Assembly (NCBI RefSeq): GCF_039654945.1
Contig: NW_027361688.1
Coordinates: forward strand, 8,680,001-8,744,000
DNA: 64,000 bases
Direction: 5' to 3'
From: Dendrobates tinctorius
Taxonomy: Eukaryota
Shown: piece by piece, positions 24,651-37,500 of the stretch
Numbering within the stretch: position 1 is the stretch's first letter
How the letters are laid out: every line of letters starts with the position of its first letter
Notes under the pieces: model-generated
Databases searched by the model: none
Told to the model about the DNA's origin: nothing
Seen by the model: the letters and a program-made list of their open reading frames with translations, nothing else
Made by a program: the position numbers and the translations under genes

Positions 24651-26887
24651 TCCTATGTCATATCTATTACATTAACTCATTTGCAATAGAAATTTGCCTT
24701 CCTTTATGTTCGGGCAGTCCTTCCGACTCGCCAGACACTGATATCTAAATATAATGGACACAGCTCTGCTTATACATTGCTTATTTCTAGTGGAAGAACT
24801 TACCTACAAACCACATAGGAGGATGCTAGGAAATCTGCTGCAGTTTGTCCATGTGAGGGTGAGGGGGGTACTTATTTAAAGGGTTATTATCACAATATCA
24901 ATCACAGCTCGTTGGCTTAAAATACTAAAATAAATAAAGTTTTGAAATGCAATCAATTTCCAAAAGTGCTCACCGCTCCCGGTATCAGCCCTTGAAAAGA
25001 ATCTTTTGCCTACCTGGTTGCCCATGGATACGTCCTGTAGTTCTTTCAAGGATGGTCGCACATGCTCAGTAGATATTGGCTGTTCTTCTAAAGTGGGTGT
25101 GTAATTGCACCATCCTCACTGCACAGGGTTGGGCAAGACACTGTGAGGCGGCTCCAATAAATGGAGGAACAGGGATCCTCCTCCCCAATCGTGTCGCTCA
25201 GCGGTGTGATAGACAAAGCCGAACGAGCACAGACATATCAGGTATTTAACCACCAATGTTTTTTCTCATATAAAGCATTCATATTTCTGTCCATATTTGT
25301 TAGAATGGCGGTTTCCTATCTATTAATATAACTTGGCCTTCATCGTACTGTCTGAAAGAGAAACTGTCTTTGTTGCCCCTAGCGACCAATCAGAGCTCAG
25401 ATTTCATGTTTTAAGCATCTCTGGTAAAATGAAAGCTGTAATGTGATTGGTTACTATGGTTAACAAAGAGATAGGAGAGGACACATAGGGGAAAGATACC
25501 TAAAACACATACAGAATTGGAGGAAAGAGGATTAGAAACTTTTCCACAGGGTGGTCGGGAGAGACAAGAGTTACATTAGCACCACAACCCCTCCTGTTAG
25601 CTGTAACAGAGCAGTTGGAGGAGCAGCTAAAATCTTGCAAGGGGGAATGATGGGAACCAGGAAACGAAGCAGATGCTTGTGGGAATTGTAGTTTAAAGTG
25701 GTCACATGACAACACTTAATGACCGCCCACTGCACACTGAGCATAATAACCTATGTATAGATATGGAGGAAATGGAGCCAGAAAAAGATGTAAAACATTA
25801 CCCAGCAATGATCTGTAGATATGGATGGGGTACGTTAAAGAAGTATTTATCCTGTACAGAAAAAAAAAATAGATTCAAGGATTAATCCTTTAATTTTCAA
25901 ATCTTGAAGAGTTCACACCCACACACACATAATAAAACACAACGGCTCTAATATACAAGGATATGTCTGTTTATTGCACAAAGATTGCAGAACAAAGCAG
26001 ATATTACAAGCGGGGTGTAACTAGAAAGGGGTGTGGGAACTACAGTCGCTCCAGGATCCTGGGCTCTGAATCTAACAAGGACCCTAGGAAAGATGTGGCA
26101 GCCGTAAAAATAGGTAGAACGTCACCCGAAACCGGATATATTAGTGAGACGTGTACGCTAGAGGAATACTTCATACCCTTTATACATATCACTATGAAAG
26201 TGGCATTAGTAATTAGTAGCAATGAATATACAATATTGTAAGAATATAATCAAAATGATAATTAGTTCGTGTTCCTCCCACACCCAATTATCATTTTTGC
26301 ACTTTCCGTTCCTTGTCTATCTTTTTTCCCCATAAGCCATAACATTTTTTTTTTTCATTATTGTAATCGATATAGTCATATATACATGTGACCAAAAATT
26401 TTGGAAACCTGTAAAAAAAAATTGATTTGTGTTTCCATTTCCTGAGACTCCAAACCTTTTTGTTTTATGTTTATATTTTTTTAATTTATATCTATATAAC
26501 AATTATTTAATTAATATTTTTTGAATATTTGAGTTTCAATTCTCTATTTTTTAGTCTCCTTAGGCTATATAACCTGCAGTTGTGATCTGGATCATGTAGT
26601 GAATGAAGCCAGTCTTTTTTCCAGTCATTGCAGACCTGACAGTTGCAACTTAATAGTGCGACGGAACGTTCTACATGTAAATATAAAGGATTAAATGTGT
26701 CTATAAAAAGTTAGGTCTTTATATAAAAAGGTCATCAGGTCTTTCCTAGAGGGAAGATACTAGGGACTAAATACTCCAGTGGGAAATTCAGAAATTGGGA
26801 AGTGATCATTTGTTCTAGATCCAGAGCAAAGCTTAAGTTCTGTCAGGCTTTAACAGTACATGAATGTGTCATCAGAAAACTACTTGA

Positions 26888-27264
26888 AGAGGTTGACCAC
26901 TACTTTTTGATTGATGACATATCCTTAGGATATTTCATTAACGTCTGGTCGGCCGGGGTCCGACACCTGGCACACTGCCGATCAGCTGTTATTGGAGGCA
27001 CCGGCCGGAAGTACTCACTTGCGGAGCCGGCTATCTTCTGACAGTGGCCGACGCAGGGTACTACACATCCGCCTCCGATTGATTTGAAGGTCGATGTGTA
27101 GTACCAAGCCTCGCCCACTTCTAGAAGACAGAGAAGCGCCGCAAGTGAGTACTTCTGGCCAGCAGCAGATCGGCGGGGGTGCTAGGTGTCAGACCCCGGC
27201 CGATCAGACATTGATGACCTATCCTAATGATAGGTCATCAATCAAAAAGTAGTGGACAACCTCT
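26888..27264. mobile_element. Palindromic T2/Kolobok-type MITE, nested in an older related MITE extending to ~27738
   Basis: AGAGGTTGACCACTACTTTTTGATTGATGAC ... ATCAATCAAAAAGTAGTGGACAACCTCT-TTAA. Confidence 0.75.
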
Positions 27265-27749
27265 TTAATGTTGAAATTAAATTTTGGTGTTTCAATGTAT
27301 TTTTAAACTTTTTTTACATTATTTTTCATATCACAATCTGTATTAAAATAAAAACTAGAAATCTTGCAATTTTCACACGGCAATGATGAATAAACTCTGA
27401 CCCTCATCTGTTGTATCTAAGTATTTGTAGAGATTGTGCAAAGATCATTGTAAAAGGAGGGAGAGCAGGGTCAGCTGTGATATCACCTAGAGGTGTTGTC
27501 ATTGTAATCCTGCCTCTGATGATAATGAGCCTGCTGAAAACGCTTCCTGAAAGGACAGGAAGCAAGAGTCTAAAATAACCCCAGAGGCCAGTGTGAAAAT
27601 AGTAAGGTTACTAATTTTACTTTATAATAGAGATTGTGATATGAAAAAAATTAAAAACATTTCCAAATTATAAGAAAAATACATTTAACAACAAACCTGT
27701 TTTAAACGGTAGGTCATTTTCTGATGATACATTCCCTCTAAGATGTCCA

Positions 27750-28350
27750 TGAGGATTCGTGGTTTAGTAGGTGCTTGGACCAGATAAACTAAATGTAATG
27801 GGCTGGGTGTAGGCTTTTCTCTAGTGTAGCATGTTTGGGGGTATCTTAGGGGAGAGGAGATCTAACAATCTAGACAAAAAGTTTGCTTATATAAGTAATG
27901 CAAATCAGGGCTAATCCTCCCTGCCTTTTTAGGGGACCAAATTGAGTAGGCAAGTCTTAGTTGTCCATCTGGCCGTAGCAAGGAGTTAAAAAGGATGAGG
28001 ACTTCATGAAGAAGGACTTCAGGAGATATTAAATAGTAGAAGATACTTTATCTTCTGTAACTATTCTGGAGATTGATACTCTAACATAAGTGAAAAGTGA
28101 GGTTTAGTATTAAGAGAAGAGAAGATCAGGGTTGGCCTAAATGTGTGCTCTTAACACTCTGATTGAGACCAGTGGTTATAGGAAGGAGTGTGAGGAGATT
28201 AAGGTAATGTAATATAGGATGAGGGGCAGTAAAGTTCAAAATTTTGTTTTTCCCTAGGTTAATTTTTAAATTGGAGGCTCTCCTGAACTTCATGAAGATA
28301 ACTAGAATAAATCTGAAATGTGTCCAACAGTATGCCATTCACGCTGATCC
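27750..28350 (-). mobile_element. L1-like RT relic
   Basis: Peptide FRRASNLKINLGK matches the L1 RT F..xSG.KIN..K motif; FIWSK downstream. Confidence 0.55.
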
Positions 28351-28362
28351 AACCACTGTTAA

Positions 28363-28990
28363 AGGGAATCTGTCACTCCATTTTAGCCCTATAAGCTGCG
28401 GCCACCGCCATCAGGGGCTTATCTACAGCATTCTGTAATGCTGTAGATAAGCGCCCCCCCCCCCCCCCCCGATGAAACCTGAAAGATAAGAAAAACATGT
28501 TAGATTATACTCACCGGGGGGCGGAGTCGCGTGGGGTGGGTGTCGCGGTCCGGTCCGGCGCCTCCCATCTTCATACGATGATGTCCTCCTCCTTGCTTCT
28601 CCCTTGGCTCCTGCGCAGGCGTACTTTATCTGCCCTGTTGAGGGCAGCGTAAAGTACTGCAGTGCTCAGGCGTGGGGAAAGGTGAGAAAGGTCCGGCGTC
28701 TGCACACTGCATGTACTTTGCCCTCAACAGGGCAGATAAAGTACACCTGTGCAGGAGTCGAGGGAGAAGCAAGGAGGAGGACATCATCGTATGAAGATGG
28801 GAGGTGCCGAACCGGACGGCGACACCCATCGGACCGGACCGAATGCCAGGGTGAGTATAATCTAACTCTTTTTTTATCATTCAGGTTACATCGGGGGGCT
28901 TATCTACAGCATTACAGAATGCTGTAGATAAGCCCTTGATGGCAGTGCCGGTAGCTGATAGTCCAAAAATGGGGTGAAAGACTCCCCCCT
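28363..28990. mobile_element. Palindromic T2/Kolobok-type MITE just 3' of copy 3
   Basis: TTAA TSDs (28359-28362, 28991-28994); TIR AGGGAATCTGTCAC; whole body is an inverted repeat. Confidence 0.85.
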
Positions 28991-29023
28991 TTAATTGGCT
29001 CATGCCTTATAGGTGGCTATTCC

Positions 29024-30625
29024 TTAACTTCTAATCCTTAACCAGCTATCTACATAACATCCTTTGACCTTTCTCCAAAATACACAAACAGCAACATGAA
29101 GGGGCTCAGAGAAGGTGGCAGTGAAGGTGTGTAAGTGTCTGATTGGGTTACACAACTCATAAAAGGACAACTGACCGGCCTCATAATCCAGACAGATCCT
29201 GAATCTATCACTAGAAATTTTGTCAGGCAAAAGAATCTCTTTCTTGTCATGTCTCATAAAATAGTGATTATTGTGTGTTCTGCACAAACTCCAAGACTTA
29301 TTACTATTTCCAGCGTATGACTGACGGCCTCTTCTGTCTATACTGGGGTAACACATTCCCGCCCTCCCACATCCCGATCTACTGATCTCCACATCCCAGT
29401 AATGTCGTCCTGAAGTAAATCCCCTCCTGCTCATCACCTGGTAATCCTGGAATCTCTCTGCTGTTTTCGGACGTTTCTGCTTCTCGTCTGTCCAGGTTGC
29501 AGTTTTCAGGTCATCTGATATAAGGAGATTATTAGCAGCTGTGGTTACATCCAGTAATATGTCTGCAGGACCCTCCACATAGATCCCGCTCCTTATACCT
29601 GATATTACGTCACATAATGTGTGTAATGTGTGTGAGATCACAGCCACATCCAGGTCATCTCCATCATGGGGCTGTTTATCATGTTCCCCTGGGTCCTCAT
29701 CACCTCCCTCCTCCTCAGGATCACACAAGTAACCGGTGTCTGATTCCTGTAAGACAGTCAGTGGATCCGTCATGTTACACAGCTCCTCAATGTGTCTCAT
29801 CTTCCTGGACAGCTCGTCCTTCTTTATTTCCAGTTGCTTGGTAAGAGTAGACAATGACTCTTCCTTTTCCTGCCTGGAGATCTCACTCAGGACGTTCTTC
29901 TCCAGGTCATCCAGCTGTCTCCTAATGTCTATAAACAGGGCCTTGACTCTCTCGGCTTCTCCAGCTGCCATTTTTTGAACTTTTCTCCTGTGATCCTTCA
30001 GAGTCTTGACTTTCTCCTCTGTTCTTTCTCTCTTTATGGTCAGTATATGAAGAATATTTCTCAGTTTGTTCTTTTTCTTCTCAGAGGCCTCATCCAGCAT
30101 CTCCACTTGATGTTCCTCATGCTTTCCAACCAAACTACAGGACACACAGATACAAACAGCGTCCTCAGTGCAGTAATATTCCAGGATTTTATTATGGACA
30201 GAACATTTTCTTTTCTCCAGAGAAGTGCTGGGATCAGATAAGACATGTTGTGTTGACTTGCTGTGAACTTTCAGGTGTTTATCACACAGAGAAGCCTCAC
30301 AGTGTAGACAGGATCTAACAGCAGGTACAGGAGAGTCCACACAGTAAGTGCAGCAGATCCCGGTGATCTCCTCTTGTTCTGGCTGAGTAATCAGGAAACG
30401 TTCTGCGACATTATATAGATTTATGTTCCTCATCAGTGCCGGCCGCTCCCAAAACTCTTCTCTGCATTCTGGGCAGGAGTAAACTCCCGACTTCTCCTGT
30501 GTATCCAGCACACGATCAATACAGACCCGACAGAAGTTGTGTCCACATCTCAGTATTACAGGATCCTTAAAAACAGATAAACAGATGGAGCAGAGCAGCT
30601 CGTCTCTCAGATCAGCAGTCGCCAT
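29024..30625 (-). CDS. TRIM25/finTRIM-like E3 ligase (copy 3), 533 aa
   Basis: Intact RING-Bbox-Bbox-CC-PRY/SPRY ORF; paralog of copies 1, 2 and 4. Confidence 0.95.
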   Translation of the reverse strand: MATADLRDELLCSICLSVFKDPVILRCGHNFCRVCIDRVLDTQEKSGVYSCPECREEFWERPALMRNINLYNVAERFLITQPEQEEITGICCTYCVDSPVPAVRSCLHCEASLCDKHLKVHSKSTQHVLSDPSTSLEKRKCSVHNKILEYYCTEDAVCICVSCSLVGKHEEHQVEMLDEASEKKKNKLRNILHILTIKRERTEEKVKTLKDHRRKVQKMAAGEAERVKALFIDIRRQLDDLEKNVLSEISRQEKEESLSTLTKQLEIKKDELSRKMRHIEELCNMTDPLTVLQESDTGYLCDPEEEGGDEDPGEHDKQPHDGDDLDVAVISHTLHTLCDVISGIRSGIYVEGPADILLDVTTAANNLLISDDLKTATWTDEKQKRPKTAERFQDYQVMSRRGFTSGRHYWDVEISRSGCGRAGMCYPSIDRRGRQSYAGNSNKSWSLCRTHNNHYFMRHDKKEILLPDKISSDRFRICLDYEAGQLSFYELCNPIRHLHTFTATFSEPLHVAVCVFWRKVKGCYVDSWLRIRS

Positions 30626-31124
30626 GGCTTACGGATTACGGAAGAAGGAAGAAGTATGACACCGGTTAAACAATAAATTTGTAGCTACGCCCATTTGCTT
30701 AACCCCTTAAGGAGACAGCATGCTTTTTTTTATCGAATTACTGCATAGTGAAAGCTATAACCTTTTCCTTTTTCTGTTAACTTTGCCATTTAGTGGCTTT
30801 TTTATGAGTCCAGTAATGTGTCACTAGTTTGTGGTACATGTAATATATTGTATAACTTCAATACTTGTTTTTATTTTTTTTCTGTAGAGAAGGGGCACGC
30901 AATATCCACACTGTATTTTAGGATTTGTTTATAAAATATTCACTTTTCACTGCCATAATTGTAATAAACATTATCTTATAAGGATTTTTTACAATTATAG
31001 CATTGCAAACTTCATATAATTTTCATGTTTAGCACTCTTGCACAATTTTTTAAAAACAATTTCCTTTTGGACTACTGCATTTCAAGTACCAAAATCCATT
31101 TATTTTTCAATTTATAGAGCTTTT

Positions 31125-31440
31125 TGATGACCGCTACGTCATCAGAGGTCATTGTCGCAAGGCATCGCAGGGACCGGGAGCTGCCGGGAGCATCGCGAGG
31201 ACCGAGAAGGCTGCGGCGGACGTCGGAAGGTGAGAATATCCCGATTTTTTTATTTTTTTTTTACTACTGATGTGCATAGGCAGCATCATTAGTAAAAAAA
31301 ATGTTGGTCACACTTGTCAAAAACTATGTTTGACTAGTGTGACCAACCTGTCAATCAGCTTTCGGATTTTTCGCGTATTTCCCACGACAGGGAGTTGCCG
31401 AGGAAAATTCCGCGAAAAATCCGCACGTGGGTACATAGCC
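31125..31440 (+). mobile_element. Right half of a Harbinger-type MITE related to 45409-46434
   Basis: Shares TTGGTCACACT..TCAAA.ACTATGTTTGAC.AGTGTGACCAACCTGTCAATCAG; ends CACGTGGGTACATAGCC-TAA. Confidence 0.7.
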
Positions 31441-31621
31441 TAAAACTGAACTTTTTGGCCACAAAGGTAAACGCTATGTCTGGCGCCAAACCAACACACT
31501 CATCACCCCAAGAACACCATCCCCACAATGAAAAATGGTGGTGGTAGCATCATGCTGCAGGGATGTTTTAGAAGCAGGGACAAGGAAAATGGTCTGAGTC
31601 AATGGGAAGATGTATGGTGTG
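31441..31621 (+). mobile_element. Tc1 transposase relic, left piece (interrupted by the hAT element)
   Basis: Encodes [15 protein letters not shown]...[19 protein letters not shown]; resumes at 40893. Confidence 0.85.
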
Positions 31622-31783
31622 TAGAGTTGAGCGAAACGGGTCGAAAAAATTAAAAAGTCGCCGACTTTTGGCAAAGTCGGGTTTCATGAAACGAAACCCG
31701 ACCCTAGGATGAGGTCGGCCACGAGGTTGGCGACTTACGCGCCAAAGTCGCGTTTCAAAAGTTTGTTTTGCGCTCTTTTTCAG

Positions 31784-31930
31784 CCAATCAGGATCCACGG
31801 ACACTGTGGGCAACGTGATGACCTAGGCACGGGTCACCACCATCTTTCAGAAGGGCATGCAAGTGATTGGCTTGCTTTGGTGGGCGTCACAGGGGGTATA
31901 AAAGGGCGTGCACGCCGACCGCCATCTTAC
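31784..31930 (+). promoter_or_regulatory. Pol II promoter of the hAT transposase
   Basis: CCAAT (~31784), inverted CCAAT (ATTGG ~31866), TATAAAA at 31897-31903, YY1-like GCCATCTT at ~31921. Confidence 0.65.
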
Positions 31931-32189
31931 TTCTGCCGATCTTAGTATAGGGAGAGGTTGCTGCTGATTCTGTAGGGAGAGCGTTAGGCAGGGAAGAAGA
32001 CAAAAGAACTGCTTCTGCTGCTAGCGATTTGGCCTGCACAACACACAAGTCACTGTGTGTGCAGTGCAAGGGGAGGCTATATTGTGGTGTATCAGTGGTG
32101 TTGGTTGTTGGGCTGCCTTCTAAGGCTTCCTGACACGCTGGCATTGCTGTTTACCCACTGCTCCGCAAACTGCTTTTTTAAAAGCAATC

Positions 32190-34455
32190 CAATCTCCCTT
32201 ATCCTCTAGTCACTTTGGTCACAGCTGTGCCATCGAGCGTGTCACATAGCGCTCAGATATCAGTGGGCCTCACACAATCCACAAGTGTCCAGTGTCCAAA
32301 AGTGTACGCAGAGATTCAAAATCTCCATTATCCTCTCGTCACTTTGGTCACAGGCAGCTGTGCCATCGAGCGTGTCACATAGCGCTCAGATATCAGTGGG
32401 CCTCACACAATCCACAAGTGTCCAGTGTCCAAAAGTGTACGCAGAGATTCAAAATCTCCATTATCCTCTCGTCACTTTGGTCACAGGCAGCTGTGCCATC
32501 GAGCGTGTCACATAGCGCTCAGATATCAGTGGGCCTCACACAATCCACAAGTGTCCAGTGTCCAAAAGTGTACGCAGAGATTCAAAATCTCCATTATCCT
32601 CTCGTCACTTTGGTCACAGGCAGCTGTGCCATCGAGCGTGTCACATAGCGCTCAGATATCAGTGGGCCTCACACAATCCACAAGTGTCCAGTGTCCAAAA
32701 GTGTACGCAGAGATTCAAAATCTCCATTATCCTCTCGTCACTTTGGTCACAGGCAGCTGTGCCATCGAGCGTGTCACATAGCGCTCAGATATCAGTGGGC
32801 CTCACACAATCTACAAGTGTCCAGTGTCCAAAAGTGTACGCAGAGATTCAAAATCTCCATTATCCTCTCGTCACTTTGGTCACAGGCAGCTGTGCCATCG
32901 AGCGTGTCACATAGCGCTCAGATATCAGTGGGCCTCACACAATCCACAAGTGTCCAGTGTCCAAAAGTGTACGCAGATATTCAAAATCTCCATTATCCTC
33001 TCGTCACTTTGGTCACAGGCAGCTGTGCCATCGAGCGTGTCACATAGCGCTCAGATATCAGTGGGCCTCACACAATCCACAAGTGTCCAGTGTCCAAAAG
33101 TGTACGCAGAGATTCAAAATCTCCATTATCCTCTCGTCACTTTGGTCACAGGCAGCTGTGCCATCGAGCGTGTCACATAGCGCTCAGATATCAGTGGGCC
33201 TCACACAATCTACAAGTGTCCAGTGTCCAAAAGTGTACGCAGAGATTCAAAATCTCCATTATCCTCTCGTCACTTTGGTCACAGGCAGCTGTGCCATCGA
33301 GCGTGTCACATAGCGCTCAGATATCAGTGGGCCTCACACAATCTACAAGTGTCCAGTGTCCAAAAGTGTACGCAGAGATTCAAAATCTCCATTATCCTCT
33401 CGTCACTTTGGTCACAGGCAGCTGTGCCATCGAGCGTGTCACATAGCGCTCAGATATCAGTGGGCCTCACACAATCCACAAGTGTCCAGTGTCCAAAAGT
33501 GTACGCAGAGATTCAAAATCTCCATTATCCTCTCGTCACTTTGGTCACAGGCAGCTGTGTCATCGAGCGTGTCACATAGCGCTCAGATATCAGTGGGCCT
33601 CACACAATCCACAAGTGTCCAGTGTCCAAAAGTGTACGCAGAGATTCAAAATCTCCATTATCCTCTCGTCACTTTGGTCACAGGCAGCTGTGCCATCGAG
33701 CGTGTCACATAGCGCTCAGATATCAGTGGGCCTCACACAATCTACAAGTGTCCAGTGTCCAAAAGTGTACGCAGAGATTCAAAATCTCCATTATCCTCTC
33801 GTCACTTTGGTCACAGGCAGCTGTGCCATCGAGCGTGTCACATAGCGCTCAGATATCAGTGGGCCTCACACAATCTACAAGTGTCCAGTGTCCAAAAGTG
33901 TACGCAGAGATTCAAAATCTCCATTATCCTCTCGTCACTTTGGTCACAGGCAGCTGTGCCATCGAGCGTGTCACATAGCGCTCAGATATCAGTGGGCCTC
34001 ACACAATCCACAAGTGTCCAGTGTCCAAAAGTGTACGCAGAGATTCAAAATCTCCATTATCCTCTCGTCACTTTGGTCACAGGCAGCTGTGCCATCGAGC
34101 GTGTCACATAGCGCTCAGATATCAGTGGGCCTCACACAATCTACAAGTGTCCAGTGTCCAAAAGTGTACGCAGAGATTCAAAATCTCCATTATCCTTTCG
34201 TCACTTTGGTCACAGGCAGCTGTGCCATCGAGAGTGTCACATAGCGCTCAGATATCAGTGGGCCTCACACAATCCACAAGTGTCCAGTGTCCAAAAGTGT
34301 ACGCAGAGATTCAAAATCTCCATTATCCTCTCGTCACTTTGGTCACAGGCAGCTGTGCCATCGAGCGTGTCACATAGCGCTAAGATATCAGTGGGCCTCA
34401 CACAATCCAAAAGTGTCCACTGTCCACAAGTGTGTGCAGAAATTCTAAATCTCCC
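32190..34455. repeat. 133-bp tandem array, ~17 near-identical copies, 5' of the transposase
   Basis: Exact 133-bp periodicity (also visible in the ORF track spacing); only scattered single-base variants. Confidence 0.97.
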
Positions 34456-34531
34456 CTGTCCTATAGACACCTTTTACCTTGTTTTACATTACTATATAGT
34501 TTGTTGGATTTTGTCTACATTTCTACCAAAA

Positions 34532-37500
34532 ATGAGGAAGGCTGGTGGAAGAGGCCGTGGAATTGGGCGGGGGTTGGCAGCTGGTAATGATGGTGTTGGT
34601 GGTGGATCTGATGGTAGTGGCAAGAGCAAAATAGGACCGAATGCAGGAGGTGCTGACCCTGCGTCATCGTCTGGCTACATAAGGCCTCGAACGCTTAGTT
34701 TTCTAGGAGTTGGCAAACCGCTTTTAAAGGCAGAGCATCAGGAAAAAGTTTTGTCTTACATTGCTGACTCAGCCTCCAGCTCTATCGCCTCCTCTTCTTC
34801 AGTTGTAAAAAGTAAAAGCACTGAGTCGTCATTGGAGGCTCATGTTCATGAACCACACCTTTCCTTGTGTCCTTCACCCCAACCAAGATTGAAGGATGAC
34901 GCAGGCCATACTACTGATTACTCCATGGAGCTGTTTTCACATACCATGCCTGGATTATCAAGTCAAATGGTGAATTACCCAGGCCAAGATGAATCTGACA
35001 TGGAGTGCACTGATGCACAGCCGCTGATGGATGATTCTGCTGGTACATTCACTCAGAGCACTACATTGTCCTCGCAGTGTACAGAGCCAGATTTTGACCC
35101 TGATGAGACTCAGGTGCCCCTTCCCGCACACTATACCACCATACACGGTGACACAGAGAAAGGTGCACATGACATAGAAGAGGAGGTGATGGATGACCCA
35201 GTTGTTGACCCAGATTGGCATCCATTGGGGGAAGAGGGTGCTGCTTCCAATAGCTCAGATGAGGAGCATCCACAGCAGACATCGACATCGCAACAGCTGT
35301 TATCTGGCAGGCCCGGAGCACTCCAAAGACAGGTTCCAAACATCAAAAGAGTTGCTGGACAGCTTGTCCAGAGGGTCAAAAGATCACAGCGTGCTAGGCC
35401 GCAAAATGTATGCCAAAGTAGGAAGAGTGCAGTGTGGCACTTTTTTGAACAAAATCCTCATGATCAGGCCAAGGTTATCTGTAAGAAGTGCGCAAAGACC
35501 TTTAGCCGAGGGAAAAATCTGAAAAATTTGAATACCAGTTGCATGCTTAGACATTTAACCAGCATGCACTTGCAAGCGTGGACACAACACCAAACCTCAA
35601 GTGCCACATGTGCAACTGATCACAACGAAGGTAGTCAGCAACGCTACATTGTTTCCCCCACTGTCAGCACACCGGTTAGCACAGCAGCAAATGTTGAGGT
35701 GTCGTTGCAAGGCCACAGCAGTCAGGGAATCCCACTGTTATATCAACGAAAGACTGATTCTAGGCCATCAGAAAGAACACCAACTCCATCACCATCATCA
35801 ACCCTCTCTCAGTCCGCCCTGTCCACCGCTACTTCCACCATATGCAGCTCTCAAGTCCAGCTCACCCTCCCAGACACTATGAGTAGGTCAAGAAAGTACT
35901 CAGTCTCTCATCCGCGTACACTGGGTTTGAACGCCCACATTGCCAAACTAATCTCGTTTGAGATGATGCCCTTTCGGTTGGTGGAAAGCACAGCTTTCCG
36001 CGAACTCATGGCCTATGCAGTACCATGCTATGACCTACCCAGTCGCCACTTCTTCTCTCGCAAAGCCATCCCAGCCCTCCACCATCATGTGAAAGACCGC
36101 ATTGTCCATGCACTCAAGCAGTCAGTGAGCGGAAAGGTGCACCTCACAACTGATGCATGGTCCAGTCGGCATGGCCAGGGCCGTTACGTGTCCATCACTG
36201 CGCACTGGGTTAATGTGGTGGATGCAGGGTCCACAGGGGACAGCGGTGGTGGGACAGTGCTGCCTAGCCCATGGTCTAGGAAACAGTTGGCTGTAGGCGT
36301 TCGACCCTCCTCCTCCTCCTCCAGAAGCGACAGCTCGTCCACAGAGCGCAGTCGTACGAGCACTCCATCTGCAGCTGCCACTGTTGCACACGATGTGTCC
36401 CCCTATCGAGCAGCTAGTGGAAAGCGTCAGCAGGCTGTGTTGCAGATGATGTGTTTGGGCGACAGACACACCGCCGAGGTGCTGGCCGAGTACTTGAAGC
36501 GACAAACTGAGTCATGGCTGGGCAGTGTACATCTTGAGGCAGGCAAGGTAGTTAGTGATAACGGCCGTAATTTTGTGGCAGCCATAGCCCTTTCAAAACT
36601 CAGCCACATACCTTGCTTGGCTCACACCTTGAACCTGGTGGTGCAGTGCTTCCTCAAAAATTATCTGGAGTTAACAGCCCTGCTCCAGAAGGTGCGAAGA
36701 CTGTGCGCGCACATCCGCCGGTCACCTGTACACTCCGTTCGTATGCAGAAGCTGCAGCGATTGCTCCACCTTCCCAACCACCGCCTCATTATCGACATTG
36801 CAACAAGGTGGAACTCCACCCTGCACATGGTGGAGCGGCTGTGCGAGCAGAGGCAGGCCATAATGCATTTGTGGGAGGATACACGGCCAGGCACTTTGAG
36901 AGCAGACATGGAGTTGACAGGCGTGCAGTGGTCGAAGCTGAAAGACCTTTGTAAAGTCCTTCAGTGTTTTGAGGAATGCACACGGCTGGTAAGCGCAGAC
37001 GACGCCATCCTAAGCATGAGCATCCCACTTATGCGTCTGCTCATGCAAACTTTGACGCACCTTAAGGAGCAGGCGTCTGCAGCCAATGTTGATGAGGAGG
37101 AAGAGGAGGAGGGAATCCTTGATGACATTCAGCCATTGTCTGCTCAGGGACCTCTCCTGGACGAGGTGGAGGAAGAAGAGGAGGAGGAGGAGGAGGATGA
37201 TGGGGATGATTACTTAGGGGAGGAGGATGCATCTCGTGGGGCAAGTGAAAATGTTGGCGTGGCAAGGTCTGGTACAGGGTTTGTGCGTGACTGGAGGGTT
37301 GTGGATTTGCCAGAAAGTGCTCCTCCACCCAGCACTCGCAGTGCATCATTGACACCGGGAACATTGGCCCACATGTCAGATTATGCCTTGCGGATCCTAA
37401 AAAGGGACCCCCGCATTGCCAAAATGATGAACAATGACGACTACTGGTTGGCCAGCATCCTGGATCCACGCTATAAAGGCAAATTACAAAACATCATGCC

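Noticed and set aside
32285-34377. Series of 118-aa ORFs (and the 63-aa ORFs at 38561-40051)
   Set aside because: Artefacts of repeat periodicity with non-ATG starts
34154-34531. N-terminal 126-aa extension of the 1305-aa ORF
   Set aside because: Starts at a GTG inside the 133-bp repeat; the first ATG is at 34532
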